Assembly: GCA_963848965.1 (NCBI GenBank)
Contig: CAWKFG010000001.1
Location: forward strand, 416,001 to 480,000
Source of the DNA: an uncultured bacterium
GTDB lineage: Bacteria; Babelota; Babeliae; Babelales; Babelaceae
Direction of reading: 5' to 3'
Length of the DNA stretch: 64,000 bases
In this document: piece by piece, positions 47,859 to 58,411 of the stretch
How positions within the stretch are numbered: position 1 is the first letter of the stretch
Layout of the letters: each line of letters opens with the position of its first letter
Program-made: the position numbers and the translations under genes
The notes under the pieces: generated by a model
Seen by the model: only the letters and a program-made list of their open reading frames with translations
Told to the model about the DNA's origin: nothing
Database searches by the model: none

Positions 47859-49046
47859 ATGGAAACTACCTACATTATTATTGGTGCATCAGCAGCAGGT
47901 CTAGCAGCATTTAACACTGTAGCTCGTCTTGAACCTTCATGTACTGTTATAGCTCTTACAAAAGAAGATACTCTTTATAACACATGCTTGCTTGCTTCAT
48001 ATCTTGCTGAAAATAAGCAGGAACAAGAGATACAACTTGTTGCTCATAAAAGCAAAAATACACATATTTTGTATAATACACAGGTTACTGCATTAGACAG
48101 GAAAGAAAAGCGCATTTGTTTAGCATCAGGGCAAAAGATAGCTTATGATAAGCTGCTTATAGCGACCGGTAGTGCTGCATATATACCAGATATGTTTAAA
48201 GAGTGGCAGAAGCAATTGAAGGGACTATTTTCGTTTTATACGCTTGAAGATGCTCGTGCTGTTAAAAACTATGTAGTACAAGAGAATGTGCACGAAGCTA
48301 TTGTTATAGGAGCAGGGTTTACTGGTCTTGAATGTGCAGACGCATTAGCGCAACAGGGAATAAACGTTAAAGTAGTGGAGCTGCGTGAAAGTATTCTGCC
48401 AGGACTATTAGCCCCTTTGAGTACAGCACTTCTTACTGATATACTTGCCAAGCAGGGGGTGCAGATATATACCCAAGAGACTGTACAGGAGATTATGCAT
48501 AAGAATAAAAAAATTATAGGTGTTAAACTCTCTTCAGGACCTATGTTGACTGCTTCTTTACTAGTGTATGCTCTTGGCTCTCGTCCTGCTCTTACATTGG
48601 CGGTTGATGCTGGTATTGCTGTTAAAGAGGGCATTGTTACAGACACTTCTTTAAGAACAAGCGATGAACATATATATGCTGCAGGCGATTGTGCATTAGT
48701 AGTTGATCGTATTACACAGCAGCATGTACTTAGCTCTACGTGGCCAGATGCGATAAGACAAGGAATAAGTGCTGCTCATGCTATGATAGGAAAGGATATT
48801 TCTTATGAAGGTGTGCTCAAAACATATGTGTCATGCATAGGAGCGTATCCAATCGTTATATGCGGAGCTACAAGTCCTTATAGTGAAGAGATAGTACAAA
48901 AAGATAAGTGTCAGGTCCTGTTTGTGGATAGGCAAGAAAAGCTTGTAGGTTTTATGCTTGCAGGAGATAAAGCGCTTGCAGGTTGTTTAAAAAAAGCTCT
49001 TGAGGAAAGGATGTCCTTGAGTGCGATAAAGGAAACACTCGTATGA
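47859..49046 (+). CDS. FAD-dependent NAD(P)H oxidoreductase (rubredoxin/nitrite reductase-like)
   Basis: IIIGASAAG, YDKLLIATGS, VIGAGFTGLE, TSDEHIYAAGD. Confidence 0.9.
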   Translation: METTYIIIGASAAGLAAFNTVARLEPSCTVIALTKEDTLYNTCLLASYLAENKQEQEIQLVAHKSKNTHILYNTQVTALDRKEKRICLASGQKIAYDKLLIATGSAAYIPDMFKEWQKQLKGLFSFYTLEDARAVKNYVVQENVHEAIVIGAGFTGLECADALAQQGINVKVVELRESILPGLLAPLSTALLTDILAKQGVQIYTQETVQEIMHKNKKIIGVKLSSGPMLTASLLVYALGSRPALTLAVDAGIAVKEGIVTDTSLRTSDEHIYAAGDCALVVDRITQQHVLSSTWPDAIRQGISAAHAMIGKDISYEGVLKTYVSCIGAYPIVICGATSPYSEEIVQKDKCQVLFVDRQEKLVGFMLAGDKALAGCLKKALEERMSLSAIKETLV

Positions 49047-49687
49047 TAAAAAATAATCTTCTTTTTACCGAAGGCAAGTATATTCTTGTCATAAGTTTAC
49101 TCGCTACTGTACTAGGGTATTTTATTCATCCATTTATTACGCTTTTTGGTCTAGTATTTATTGCATTTAGCCTCTATTTTTTCCGTAATCCCGTAAGAAA
49201 CTGTTTAGAAGCAGAAGATGATGATTCAGTTATTGTGTCCCCTGCAGATGGCAGAGTAGTTGAGGTAAGTAAAGGAGAGTATGAAGGATTTGCTCAAAAA
49301 GTTTCTATATTTCTTTCGCCGCTTGATGTACATGTTAATTGGATACCAATGGATGGCGTGATTGAAGCGGTTACTTATAGGCCAGGAAAATTTTTGCTTG
49401 CGTTTACTCCCAAAAGCTCAGAGCTTAATGAAAGAAATGATGTACTTATAACGTCAGGAAAAAAGAAAGTGCTTGTACGACAGATTGCTGGCACTGTTGC
49501 TCGACGTATTGTGTGTTGGGCGCATCCTGGAAACTATAGTGCAACTAAAGATAAATATGGCATGATCAGATTTGGCTCTCGTGTTGATATTTTTATGCCT
49601 CAAGAAGTAGCAGTATCAGTAAAAAAGGGTGACTATGTCTATGGAGGACAAACGGTGCTCGGAAGATGGCACGAAGAAAGCGTATGA
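49043..49687 (+). CDS. psd: Phosphatidylserine decarboxylase (short type)
   Basis: FFRNP.R, SPADG, IFLSPLDVHVN, GMIRFGSRVD self-cleavage motif. Confidence 0.95.
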   Translation: MIKNNLLFTEGKYILVISLLATVLGYFIHPFITLFGLVFIAFSLYFFRNPVRNCLEAEDDDSVIVSPADGRVVEVSKGEYEGFAQKVSIFLSPLDVHVNWIPMDGVIEAVTYRPGKFLLAFTPKSSELNERNDVLITSGKKKVLVRQIAGTVARRIVCWAHPGNYSATKDKYGMIRFGSRVDIFMPQEVAVSVKKGDYVYGGQTVLGRWHEESV

Positions 49688-49750
49688 AAAAGGGAAAAAA
49701 GTATGGTATTCTACTACTAGAATACAAGAGACAGGCATAAGGAGGTCTCT

Positions 49751-50500
49751 ATGTTAATACGATTAAAAAAATTTAAGAAAAAAGGGAAAAAATACGAACA
49801 CTCTCTTCGTATTGTTCCCTACATCTTTACATTCTTAAACGCTATTTTTGGCTTTTTATCAATTATTCGCTCTTTTGAGGGTAATTATAAAATTGCTGCC
49901 ACCTATATTGTTATAGCGGCAATCTTAGATGGTTTTGATGGAAGATTAGCACGAGCATTTGGTTCTTCAAGTTATTTCGGTATGGAGCTTGATTCATTGT
50001 GTGATGCTATTTCATTCTGCTTAGCTCCCGCTATTCTTATCTACTGTTGGGTTCCTATTGCTCTTGCAAAGGTTGTACTTGCTTTTTATGTGTGTGCAGG
50101 ACTTGCTCGGTTGGCACGGTTTAATACCTATGCTAGTGTACCAACAGAGTATTTTACTGGCCTTCCTACAACTCTTGCAGCATCGTTTATTGCTCTTCTG
50201 GTTTTTCATCATGCATGGCTAGAAAATCATGGGATTAATTTGATGGTACATACTTCGCTTTTACTTGTCATTGTAACTGCTCTCTCATTGTTAATGATCT
50301 CTCCTATTCGCTTTACCTCATTTAAGTATGTAAAGATACAAGAACCTCGTGACTATTATACGCTGGTTTTTCTTGCTTTTGTAGTCTTATGGCTTATAGC
50401 ACGTCGATATCCTGTATTTTTATGTATTATAACCGGCTATATCTTTGTAAATATAGCTCTCTATGTTTATCAGGAAACAATCGGTAAAATTCGTAGTTAA
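49751..50500 (+). CDS. pssA: CDP-diacylglycerol--serine O-phosphatidyltransferase
   Basis: DGFDGRLAR...FGMELDSLCDAISF; RLARFN; FTGLP; adjacent to psd. Confidence 0.93.
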   Translation: MLIRLKKFKKKGKKYEHSLRIVPYIFTFLNAIFGFLSIIRSFEGNYKIAATYIVIAAILDGFDGRLARAFGSSSYFGMELDSLCDAISFCLAPAILIYCWVPIALAKVVLAFYVCAGLARLARFNTYASVPTEYFTGLPTTLAASFIALLVFHHAWLENHGINLMVHTSLLLVIVTALSLLMISPIRFTSFKYVKIQEPRDYYTLVFLAFVVLWLIARRYPVFLCIITGYIFVNIALYVYQETIGKIRS

Positions 50501-50509
50501 GGAGTATAG

Positions 50510-51325
50510 CTAATTCTTAATAAGCTTTGCTGTTTTTATCCTAAGGAAGTTAAAAAATTTACTGCTTTTTTCAAATGTTCTCATACGATCAAAATAAGGA
50601 ATGACGTTAAAGTAAGGAGTAGTCGGTCGTTGAGAAAAGAGAAATAACGTTATAGTTGAGATTCCTTTGTTATAAAACACTTTTGAAGCGTTATTTTTAA
50701 TTGCACCGTTGAGGATCTGCGGTGGCACTTCTGCATATGCTGAGATTTGGCAAAGATAGTTAAAATATTCTTCATTATTCATAGGACGTGTACCAAGATG
50801 TACAGTGATAAGCCGTTGTAGTTGGTGTGCTGTAGTATGATTTGCTAATGTATAATGTTCTTCTGGTAAGTAGTCAAAATAGTGTCTTTCATAATATCTT
50901 ACTTGGATACATCTTATATGAATAATTTCATAAAGCTGTAATGCTTTTTTAAGACATTCTAGTAGAAACGGTTTCTCAATATCTTTCTGTACTACTACTC
51001 CTTCTATCCATAGTACGATATTGCGTAACTCTTGTAAGTAAGCATTCTTTTTTCTTGTAAAGGTATCTTGCTTTTTTTCATCAAGTGTAAGATTACTTAT
51101 ATATTCAACTCGTTTGACAATAGTTTTCCAAATACGAGAGATTGTTCTCTTAAGGCTATGTATAGTTCTTTCTTGTAGATGACCGTTTACTTCAATAAGT
51201 GATGGATGTGTTATATTATAATTTAATTGTGGAAAGTACAGTTCTGAATCAGACGCTTTTTCCATTGCAACAATGGTAGTGTTAGAAAGTAGTAAAAAAA
51301 TACAAGGAGCTGTAAGTATATTCAT
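50510..51325 (-). CDS. Secreted hypothetical protein
   Basis: ...IVA|MEK; 271 aa ORF. Confidence 0.7.
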   Translation of the reverse strand: MNILTAPCIFLLLSNTTIVAMEKASDSELYFPQLNYNITHPSLIEVNGHLQERTIHSLKRTISRIWKTIVKRVEYISNLTLDEKKQDTFTRKKNAYLQELRNIVLWIEGVVVQKDIEKPFLLECLKKALQLYEIIHIRCIQVRYYERHYFDYLPEEHYTLANHTTAHQLQRLITVHLGTRPMNNEEYFNYLCQISAYAEVPPQILNGAIKNNASKVFYNKGISTITLFLFSQRPTTPYFNVIPYFDRMRTFEKSSKFFNFLRIKTAKLIKN

Positions 51326-51326
51326 T

Positions 51327-51698
51327 CTAGAGCTCTGTGTATTTAGTGGCTCTTCCCTTGCTTTTTTCTATAGGATACTTTTGAGCATTAAGCATAAGCT
51401 TATTTTCTATTGCTTGAGCAAGATCTATGTTATAACGCATACAGAAGTTAAGTAACAAAATGCCAACATCTGCGAGCTCTTGTTCTACTGCATCTCTTTT
51501 TGTTTGTATAACTTCTTTTGACGCTTCACCTTCTACCCACAGAAAAAGCTCCATAAGCTCACTGGCTTCAACTGCAAGTGACATACTTAAGTTTTTTGGT
51601 GTATGGTACTGTTGCCAATCTCGCTCTTCTACAAACTGTTTAATTTTTTCTTTTATGACTGTAAGTGTGGTTGTAGTATCTGTCATAGGTATCTCCAT
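51327..51698 (-). CDS. MazG-like nucleotide pyrophosphohydrolase
   Basis: ERDWQQYHTPKNL...EASELMELFLW...ELADV...N.QKYP. Confidence 0.92.
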   Translation of the reverse strand: MEIPMTDTTTTLTVIKEKIKQFVEERDWQQYHTPKNLSMSLAVEASELMELFLWVEGEASKEVIQTKRDAVEQELADVGILLLNFCMRYNIDLAQAIENKLMLNAQKYPIEKSKGRATKYTEL

Positions 51699-51884
51699 TA
51701 TGAATGAACTCTCTCCACTATAGCACGGCTATTTGTTTCTTGGTAGCAACAAATATGTTTGTTCTTTATTGGAGTAAGCAGAAAATTAGGTTGAGAGTGC
51801 TCATAGAAGAATTTGATCTTAGCCAGCCAATAAAGTGCTAAGACTAAATATGTTTGTTATGAAGAGTGAAGGCAGATACAAATA

Positions 51885-51916
51885 AAAAAAGCTCAGGAAT
51901 AACCCTGAGCTTTTTT
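51885..51916. terminator. Rho-independent terminator
   Basis: AAAAAAGCTCAGG-loop-CCTGAGCTTTTTT downstream of 51929..52228. Confidence 0.75.
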
Positions 51917-51928
51917 GTTGAGATCTCT

Positions 51929-52228
51929 TTAGAGTCCTAAGCGGAATCCAAAACCAATGAATGGAAGGTTAAGTGATGCACCAAATCCAAAGAGTGGTCT
52001 ACACATTGGTTGGATACAACCACATACCGCTTGTGGTATTGCCATTACAGGCGCTGCTACTGGCATAACGTATGCAGGTTGTGCATAATATGCAGCTCTT
52101 TGACAAGGAACAGCTCTTCTTGTATGGCATTGAACACATTGTTCTCCACGTACTGGTTGCATTGCAACTGCAGGAACTGCTGTAGCAAGGAGCGTATAGG
52201 CAAACATACCTAATAATAGTTTTTTCAT
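51929..52228 (-). CDS. Small secreted Pro/Cys-rich protein
   Basis: ...AVA|MQP; C-terminal FGFGASLNLPFIGFGFRLGL; AAGGA RBS. Confidence 0.7.
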   Translation of the reverse strand: MKKLLLGMFAYTLLATAVPAVAMQPVRGEQCVQCHTRRAVPCQRAAYYAQPAYVMPVAAPVMAIPQAVCGCIQPMCRPLFGFGASLNLPFIGFGFRLGL

Positions 52229-52277
52229 AAGTAAATTCCTTCGTTAATAAAATCTAAGTATTCTAGAGTTTTTGTTT

Positions 52278-52577
52278 TTAGAAACCAAAATGAAAGTTAA
52301 CACTTGTATACGGACTTACCATTGGATTAAATGGCGCTACCGGTGCGGTAACAGGATATACATTATATACTGGAGCTACATAACCTGGATATACTACAGG
52401 ATATGACACTGGCATCATTGGCCATGAAGCTACAGGATACACAGATGGTGTATAATATACCGATCTACAAATATCATAGCTTCGTCTTGTTCTGTGCCTT
52501 TTTCTGCGCTTTGCAGATGCAGAGTCTGTTACTAAAAGCAGTGCTAATGCTGCTATTGTTAGACATACTTTGTTCAT
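52278..52577 (-). CDS. Small secreted Pro/Tyr/Val-rich protein
   Basis: AGGAG RBS before MNKVCL; KRRKRHRTRR after the signal peptide; YP/PV repeats; ends SVNFHFGF. Confidence 0.72.
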   Translation of the reverse strand: MNKVCLTIAALALLLVTDSASAKRRKRHRTRRSYDICRSVYYTPSVYPVASWPMMPVSYPVVYPGYVAPVYNVYPVTAPVAPFNPMVSPYTSVNFHFGF

Positions 52578-52803
52578 AAAGCAATCTCCTATTAAGTGAT
52601 TAAAGGACATTATTTTTGTAATTAGTATAATCTAGTTTACCAACAGAAATTTATTTGTCAAAGCTTCTCGTAAATTATGCTATAATGATGCTTTATGTAA
52701 GATAAGCAAATGATTTTACCGGTAAACAGTGACTATACTCATTTGTTTTATTTATAGTATATTGTTATAATGTATAATTATATTTGAAAACAAAATTAGT
52801 AGG

Positions 52804-54324
52804 ATGCTTTATATGGTACGTACAATTAAACAACTTTGTATTTTTATTTTTTTAAGCATGTGTGTAAGCACAGGAATTGAGCTTATGTGCTCAGGTGAAA
52901 AACGGTATAATGAGCAGGACATGAATAAACGAGCTTTAAAAAGCATGAAAGTTGATGATCTGCTAGCCCAGTGTCGTGCAGTAGATAGTGTACAAAAAAG
53001 CAATAGTACACATGAATTATACAATGGTGTTTCTGACTTAGGATCTTTGCCTGTGCAGATGTCTGGTGCTACATTAGCATTATACGAAAAAGTTCCTGTT
53101 AAAACATGTAGACTTTCTGATATATGTTCTCCTGCACCCTGTAGGCCAAGTGCTCTTTTTTATCATAATGAGAATGATCAGATAGTAGTTGGTTATCAGA
53201 ATGGGGTAATAGGTATTTATCAGACAGAACATCAAACAACTAAGCTATTTTTGGGGCACAATGCTCCTTTAAAAGCCTTGTATTGTAGCAAAGATCTTCT
53301 GATTTCTGCTGCACAAGATGGCGAAGTAAAGCTGTGGGATCTTTTTACGCAGTGTTGTGTTGCTACGTTTAAGCAAGAAGGAACCTATCCAACAAAACTC
53401 TATGTTCATGCTTTTAATACAGATGTGCTTGTTATTGGCAATAATGATGGAAGTATATCATTTTACCACATAAAACGACGAGAACTTATTGCTCATTGTG
53501 CTGGACATCAAAGAGCAGTTACATCGATTATAGCTGTATCGCCCCATCTTCTTTTGACTACTTCTTTAGACGGTTCATGTAAAATGTGGAATAGTAAATC
53601 TCAAGGATGTATTTATACGCTTGAGCTTCAAAAACCACTTTATGCTGTTACTACGCATCCAGAAAACAATAAGCAAGTTATACTATGGTTAGACTCTTCC
53701 ATTAGCATGTGCAAAAAGAAATCAGGTAAGCAGAGGGCACTCTGCAAAGAAAGTGGAAACCCATTGACTGTAGTTACTAACCGCAATGGTTATGAATTTG
53801 TAGGCGGATACTTTGATGGAACAATAGGCATATGGAACAATCGTACTGCTCTCTTTCATAAAATTCATGTACATACTTGTCCTATAAGCTATCTTGATGT
53901 TTATAATGATACTATTCTTATTGGGTGTATAGATGGTACGGTAAAGCTCGGTAACCTCACTAAAGAAGGACTTTTCAATACAGTAGCTGTTTTTAACTGT
54001 ATGCAGGTACCTTTTGGCAATCGTCAGGTACATCCGTCACAAAAACCTTTTTTAGAGATGCCAGTTAAGATCCCTCTTGCTATTCTTTCAGCAATAAAAA
54101 AATCTCCAAAGGTTCCTTTATGCCCTCAAAGTGAAGATAGTCTTGCAGTTCGCTATTATAAGCATCATAGAGATAAGATACCTATGTCTCTAAACTCTTC
54201 AGAAATGGTTGATACAGGTAATCTGCACGTGCCACTATCGGGTTCATTGAGCTTACCGGATATTCCGCGCCTATTTCAAGATGAAATTGCTGATATCACT
54301 GCTAAATCCTTCAGAGTCGACTAA
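52804..54324 (+). CDS. WD40 repeat protein, probably secreted
   Basis: GH...SAAQDGEVKLWD; GHQRAVTSI...TTSLDGSCKMWN; hydrophobic N-terminus. Confidence 0.88.
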   Translation: MLYMVRTIKQLCIFIFLSMCVSTGIELMCSGEKRYNEQDMNKRALKSMKVDDLLAQCRAVDSVQKSNSTHELYNGVSDLGSLPVQMSGATLALYEKVPVKTCRLSDICSPAPCRPSALFYHNENDQIVVGYQNGVIGIYQTEHQTTKLFLGHNAPLKALYCSKDLLISAAQDGEVKLWDLFTQCCVATFKQEGTYPTKLYVHAFNTDVLVIGNNDGSISFYHIKRRELIAHCAGHQRAVTSIIAVSPHLLLTTSLDGSCKMWNSKSQGCIYTLELQKPLYAVTTHPENNKQVILWLDSSISMCKKKSGKQRALCKESGNPLTVVTNRNGYEFVGGYFDGTIGIWNNRTALFHKIHVHTCPISYLDVYNDTILIGCIDGTVKLGNLTKEGLFNTVAVFNCMQVPFGNRQVHPSQKPFLEMPVKIPLAILSAIKKSPKVPLCPQSEDSLAVRYYKHHRDKIPMSLNSSEMVDTGNLHVPLSGSLSLPDIPRLFQDEIADITAKSFRVD

Positions 54325-54611
54325 AGAAATAAGACTAGGATCGAATTTAAACCAGACGATAGCATCTATGGTAAAGTTATTTCTGTGTAACATCAAGAAG
54401 AGCAAAATCTAAAATGTACAAACCTACTTCGGCTTCTACGGCAGATGATGTATGAGTTTGCTGTTCAAGTAAGTAGGGTATAAGTGCAGGTTTAGGATCT
54501 GTAGATACAAATGATGTAGTTGCTCGTAAAAGAAGGTATGTAAGGATACTTATAGTAACCAATACTCCATATATCTGAAAACGAGCTGTGTTAAATGTTA
54601 TGAAAAGGTCG

Positions 54612-55593
54612 TTAAGAGTATAGAGTTTCGTACTTCTTGGTCCTACGCTTTTTAAGATGTAAACAAGCAAACATCGTTTTTCGCACATGCACGTTTTTTG
54701 CTTGTTCATTAATAGTATTAACATGCTTCATAGCGTCACCTTCATTAACATAATCAACTGCTATAAAATTGGGTGACCTTTTTTCATAGAGTCCAGTATG
54801 ATCGAGCCCTTGAGAAATTTCGTGCATCAATCGGTCTAAATTAACTCCGTTGATAGTGCGATAAGCTCCACCAAGATTGAGCTTGAACGTAGAAAAGTAA
54901 TTAATAAGATAAACATATCTTTTATTGTCTCTCCATTGTTGTGACTCTTTTCTTTCTTTACAAGCATGTTTTGTAAGAGAGTATTCCAAACTGATTTTCA
55001 ACAACATGTTCCCATTCATTAAAAGTCAGATCTGTTTTATCAAGAGAGTTAAAGATTACTACGCGTTTATTTGTCTGTTGCATCCATGCAATTGTTGGCC
55101 ACCCACGTTTTTGCCGCGGATCCCAATGAGCAGGCGAAAGTATAAATGGCTCAATACCTGATGCTTTAAAGGCGTTGTCCAGCAAAGCTTTATTATCTAC
55201 GTAGTTTTCTAAGAAGATAGTGATAATTTCCTGTTTATTCTGTTCAAGAAATTCTTTAATAGTAGCAAGCGATTCTTGTAGGCTCATAGGAGTTTTACCA
55301 CCACGTAAGAAAGCGTTCCATCCCAACCCGCCGTGACATAATACGATATCTGTTTTTGTTTTATTATAATAAGTATCAAGCATAAGACCACGGACACCGT
55401 TTTCTAATTGCTCTTGCATAGTCCAGTACTGTTGCGCGTAAAAAAATCCGTGCTTTTTTGCTGCATACGAGTTATGCGTTGTTAAAAACGTTACTTGATT
55501 ATATTTAAGCTGTGGATCAGGTAAGCGCCAGGGACTTAATGCATAAAGCTGAACGCTTACTGTACCAATGAGTATACTACAAATCCTTTTCAT
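54612..55593 (-). pseudogene. Secreted PI-PLC X-domain-like phosphodiesterase split by one frameshift
   Basis: TTHNSYA, QLENGVRGLMLD, LCHG, EIITIFLENY in 54958..55593; LINYF and PNFIAVDYV in 54612..55019; frames switch near 54975. Confidence 0.8.
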
Positions 55594-55837
55594 AGAAATC
55601 CCCCCTTTGCTTAATAATATATATCAATTTGTATTTATTTTTCAAGGGTGAGAGAGTAATTTGTGGAAACTTCATAAAAATATTTCTCTTTACAAGCTCT
55701 GCAAGCAATAAGCAGAACAGTTACTATGCTATCTTGGTGAGATGTTCTTTTGTCAGAAGATATAAAATTATTGACAGATATAAATTAAAAGGTCTACGCT
55801 AAAAGAAGAGACAGATTATGCTTGAAGGGGGAACTTT

Positions 55838-56977
55838 ATGAGAACGAGCTATCTTATTCTAGGAATACTGCTGTGTGGATACGATGCAGTATATGCAAAA
55901 GTGCCAGGAGAGCGGAATGAATTAAAGGAATTATCATACCATCAAGGTGAGCTTGTAGATACAATTGTCTGCCATTTTGAAGATAATCCTGCCTGTATTT
56001 ATGAACCAACTCCTACCTATAAAAAGCAGGAAGGAAAAAGTCAGGCAACATTTTTTTTGCCGTTTGCTTATTTAAATACTACACCACAGCGAGTTATTAA
56101 TCAGATTAATGCCGCAGGTAAAGAGGACTACACCATTATACTTGAACCGGTAACAAAGCCAATACGCGGATTACGCTTACGTATTGTCTATAATCCAGGA
56201 AAAATAGGTTGGGAATATGGGCCTTTAGATGTAGATAAGCATAGAGGGCTCATTTTTAAAATTTATAACAAAGATCTGTTACGCACTATTGGAGAAAAAA
56301 CAAGTCCACTAAGATGGTATGCACAAGCAAAGCATCAGCCCCGTATTGTTGTTGACGCAGCCTCCATAAGACAAAATACGGGGCACAAGGATAGTGCAGC
56401 CTCTATGGCTGCACATATAGCTTCTTTTTTACGTTCTCATGGCTGTGAAGTACTGCTGAGCAGTCATACAGACAGGAACGTATCTGCGAGCATACGAGCA
56501 AGTTATGCTAATCTCTCTGCTCGTGCCGATCTTTTGCTTTCTTTATCAACAAGTGCATACAACCATATGGAAGTATTTACGCTTTCTCCTGCTTTATTAA
56601 AAGTACGGCAAAGTACACTTACTGATGAAGAAAAAGCTCGTATTGGTGATATCACAAAGTGGGTTCATGTGCATAGTGCATTGCTTGAAACTGCTCTTGA
56701 TGAAAAATTGCAACCCTTTACAAAAAAGCAGGAGATCCCTTTAGCAAAAGGAGGAACTTACAATCGTTATAGTGAAGTACTTTTAGGAGCAGAAATGCCT
56801 GCGCTTTGTATTGAGTTAGGCACAGGAGAGAGCCCTAAAAGTGAGTACGATTATACTTCACTTGCTCAAGCAATCGGTTCCGGAATACTTCTGTATATTT
56901 CTGAAAAAAAGTTTTTAAAAACACTTTATAAAGACAAAAGATGTGGTAAATTAAAAGTTACCATGAACCAGACTTAA
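55838..56977 (+). CDS. N-acetylmuramoyl-L-alanine amidase-like protein with degenerate Zn ligands
   Basis: RIVVDA, R..YAN...ADLLLSL, VLLGAEMPALCIELG, LAQAI..GI (Amidase_3 pattern); DxGHGG and SIH histidines not in their usual places. Confidence 0.7.
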   Translation: MRTSYLILGILLCGYDAVYAKVPGERNELKELSYHQGELVDTIVCHFEDNPACIYEPTPTYKKQEGKSQATFFLPFAYLNTTPQRVINQINAAGKEDYTIILEPVTKPIRGLRLRIVYNPGKIGWEYGPLDVDKHRGLIFKIYNKDLLRTIGEKTSPLRWYAQAKHQPRIVVDAASIRQNTGHKDSAASMAAHIASFLRSHGCEVLLSSHTDRNVSASIRASYANLSARADLLLSLSTSAYNHMEVFTLSPALLKVRQSTLTDEEKARIGDITKWVHVHSALLETALDEKLQPFTKKQEIPLAKGGTYNRYSEVLLGAEMPALCIELGTGESPKSEYDYTSLAQAIGSGILLYISEKKFLKTLYKDKRCGKLKVTMNQT

Positions 56978-56998
56978 AACTTTTAACCTTATACGACC

Positions 56999-58411
56999 TT
57001 GAGTGTAGCTACCATTTGGCAAGAATTCTTAAAAATTGTAAATGAAGAAGTAGGAAGCCGTGTTGTTGAAACATGGTTTAAAGCTGTTTCTTTATTTCAA
57101 TGGGATGCCTATGGCAAAGTTGTCTATCTTAAGGCTCCTAATGCATTTGTTAAAGATTGGATTCAAGCTAATTACCAAGAGCTTTTGCGAATACACCTCT
57201 GCCGCTTACTCAATGAGCCACATATTACGATTATTTTACTTGATGAAAGCCAAGTGCATCCTGTAGCCCCCTCAAAATCAGAGACATTTCAACCAGCTCG
57301 TATATCTGGCGAAGACCTTTCTAAAAAAACGCTTATAGCTAAATCGTCACTGCCAATAAAACAGAGCGTTAATCATAATTATCAGTTTGAGACGTTTGTT
57401 GTTGGCCCTAATAATTCTCTTGCCTACGCTGCAGCACAAGCGGTTGCAGAAAAGCCAGGAGTACTGTATAATCCGCTCTTTTTGTATGGTTCTTCTGGAC
57501 TGGGTAAAACTCACTTATTGCATGCAGTTGGAAATCACCTTAAAGTACGTAATACTAAGTTACGTATTGTATACCAATCAGCAGATCGATTTGTAAATGA
57601 GTTTATTCATGCAATTCGATTTGATAAAGTAGCTGTTTTTCAACAGAAATATCGAGAACTTGATGTACTGCTTATAGATGATATACAATTTATTTCTCAT
57701 AAAGAGCAAACACAAGAGGCATTCTTTCATATTTTTAATACCCTCTATGAAGCGCGTAAGCAAATAGTATTTTCAAGTGACTCATTACCTGGTGATATTA
57801 AAGGGCTTGCAGAACGGCTGAGGTCCCGTCTTGATGGTGGTATGATTGCAGATATTCAGCCGCCTACAATAGAGACAAAGATTGCAATTTTACAAAAAAA
57901 GGCAGAAGTTCATAAAGAAAAGCTTACTGATGATGTTGCTTATTTTATTGCTTCTCGCGTCTCTTCAAATATTAGAGAGCTCGAAGGGCTTCTTATCCGT
58001 GTTCTTGCATTTGCGACGTTAACTCATCAAACAATCTCTTTAGACCTTGCTCATAAAGTATTAAATCGCTCACAAAGTGAAGTAAAACATGTTGCATTTG
58101 ATCTCTCGCAAATAGCCACATATGTTGCTAAATATTATAGCTATTCTCTTGCAGAGCTCAAATCGAGTAAACGGCATAAAGGACTCGTATCTACACGTCA
58201 TATAGCAATGTATTTTATGAAGCGGCTTACGACACACACGCTTGGTGAAATTGGTACATTCTGGTGTCGCAAAGACCATTCTACTGTTATTCATGCCTTG
58301 GAGAAAATAGAACAACAAAGAGCTGTAGATAAGCAGTTTGATCAAGAACTGCAAAAGTTAGAAACGCTTATTATGCAAAATGCTCGTATAGAGCATACAG
58401 GTACTCCATAA
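56999..58411 (+). CDS. dnaA: Chromosomal replication initiator DnaA
   Basis: YNPLFLYGSSGLGKTHLLHAVGN, LLIDDIQF, TQEAFFHIFN, RLRSRL, NIRELEG, KDHSTVIHA. Confidence 0.98.
   Translation: MSVATIWQEFLKIVNEEVGSRVVETWFKAVSLFQWDAYGKVVYLKAPNAFVKDWIQANYQELLRIHLCRLLNEPHITIILLDESQVHPVAPSKSETFQPARISGEDLSKKTLIAKSSLPIKQSVNHNYQFETFVVGPNNSLAYAAAQAVAEKPGVLYNPLFLYGSSGLGKTHLLHAVGNHLKVRNTKLRIVYQSADRFVNEFIHAIRFDKVAVFQQKYRELDVLLIDDIQFISHKEQTQEAFFHIFNTLYEARKQIVFSSDSLPGDIKGLAERLRSRLDGGMIADIQPPTIETKIAILQKKAEVHKEKLTDDVAYFIASRVSSNIRELEGLLIRVLAFATLTHQTISLDLAHKVLNRSQSEVKHVAFDLSQIATYVAKYYSYSLAELKSSKRHKGLVSTRHIAMYFMKRLTTHTLGEIGTFWCRKDHSTVIHALEKIEQQRAVDKQFDQELQKLETLIMQNARIEHTGTP

Noticed and set aside
54377..54724. 115-aa minus-strand ORF with one hydrophobic stretch
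   Set aside because: Overlaps the PI-PLC 3' half and lacks a convincing start or RBS; may be a remnant but cannot be supported
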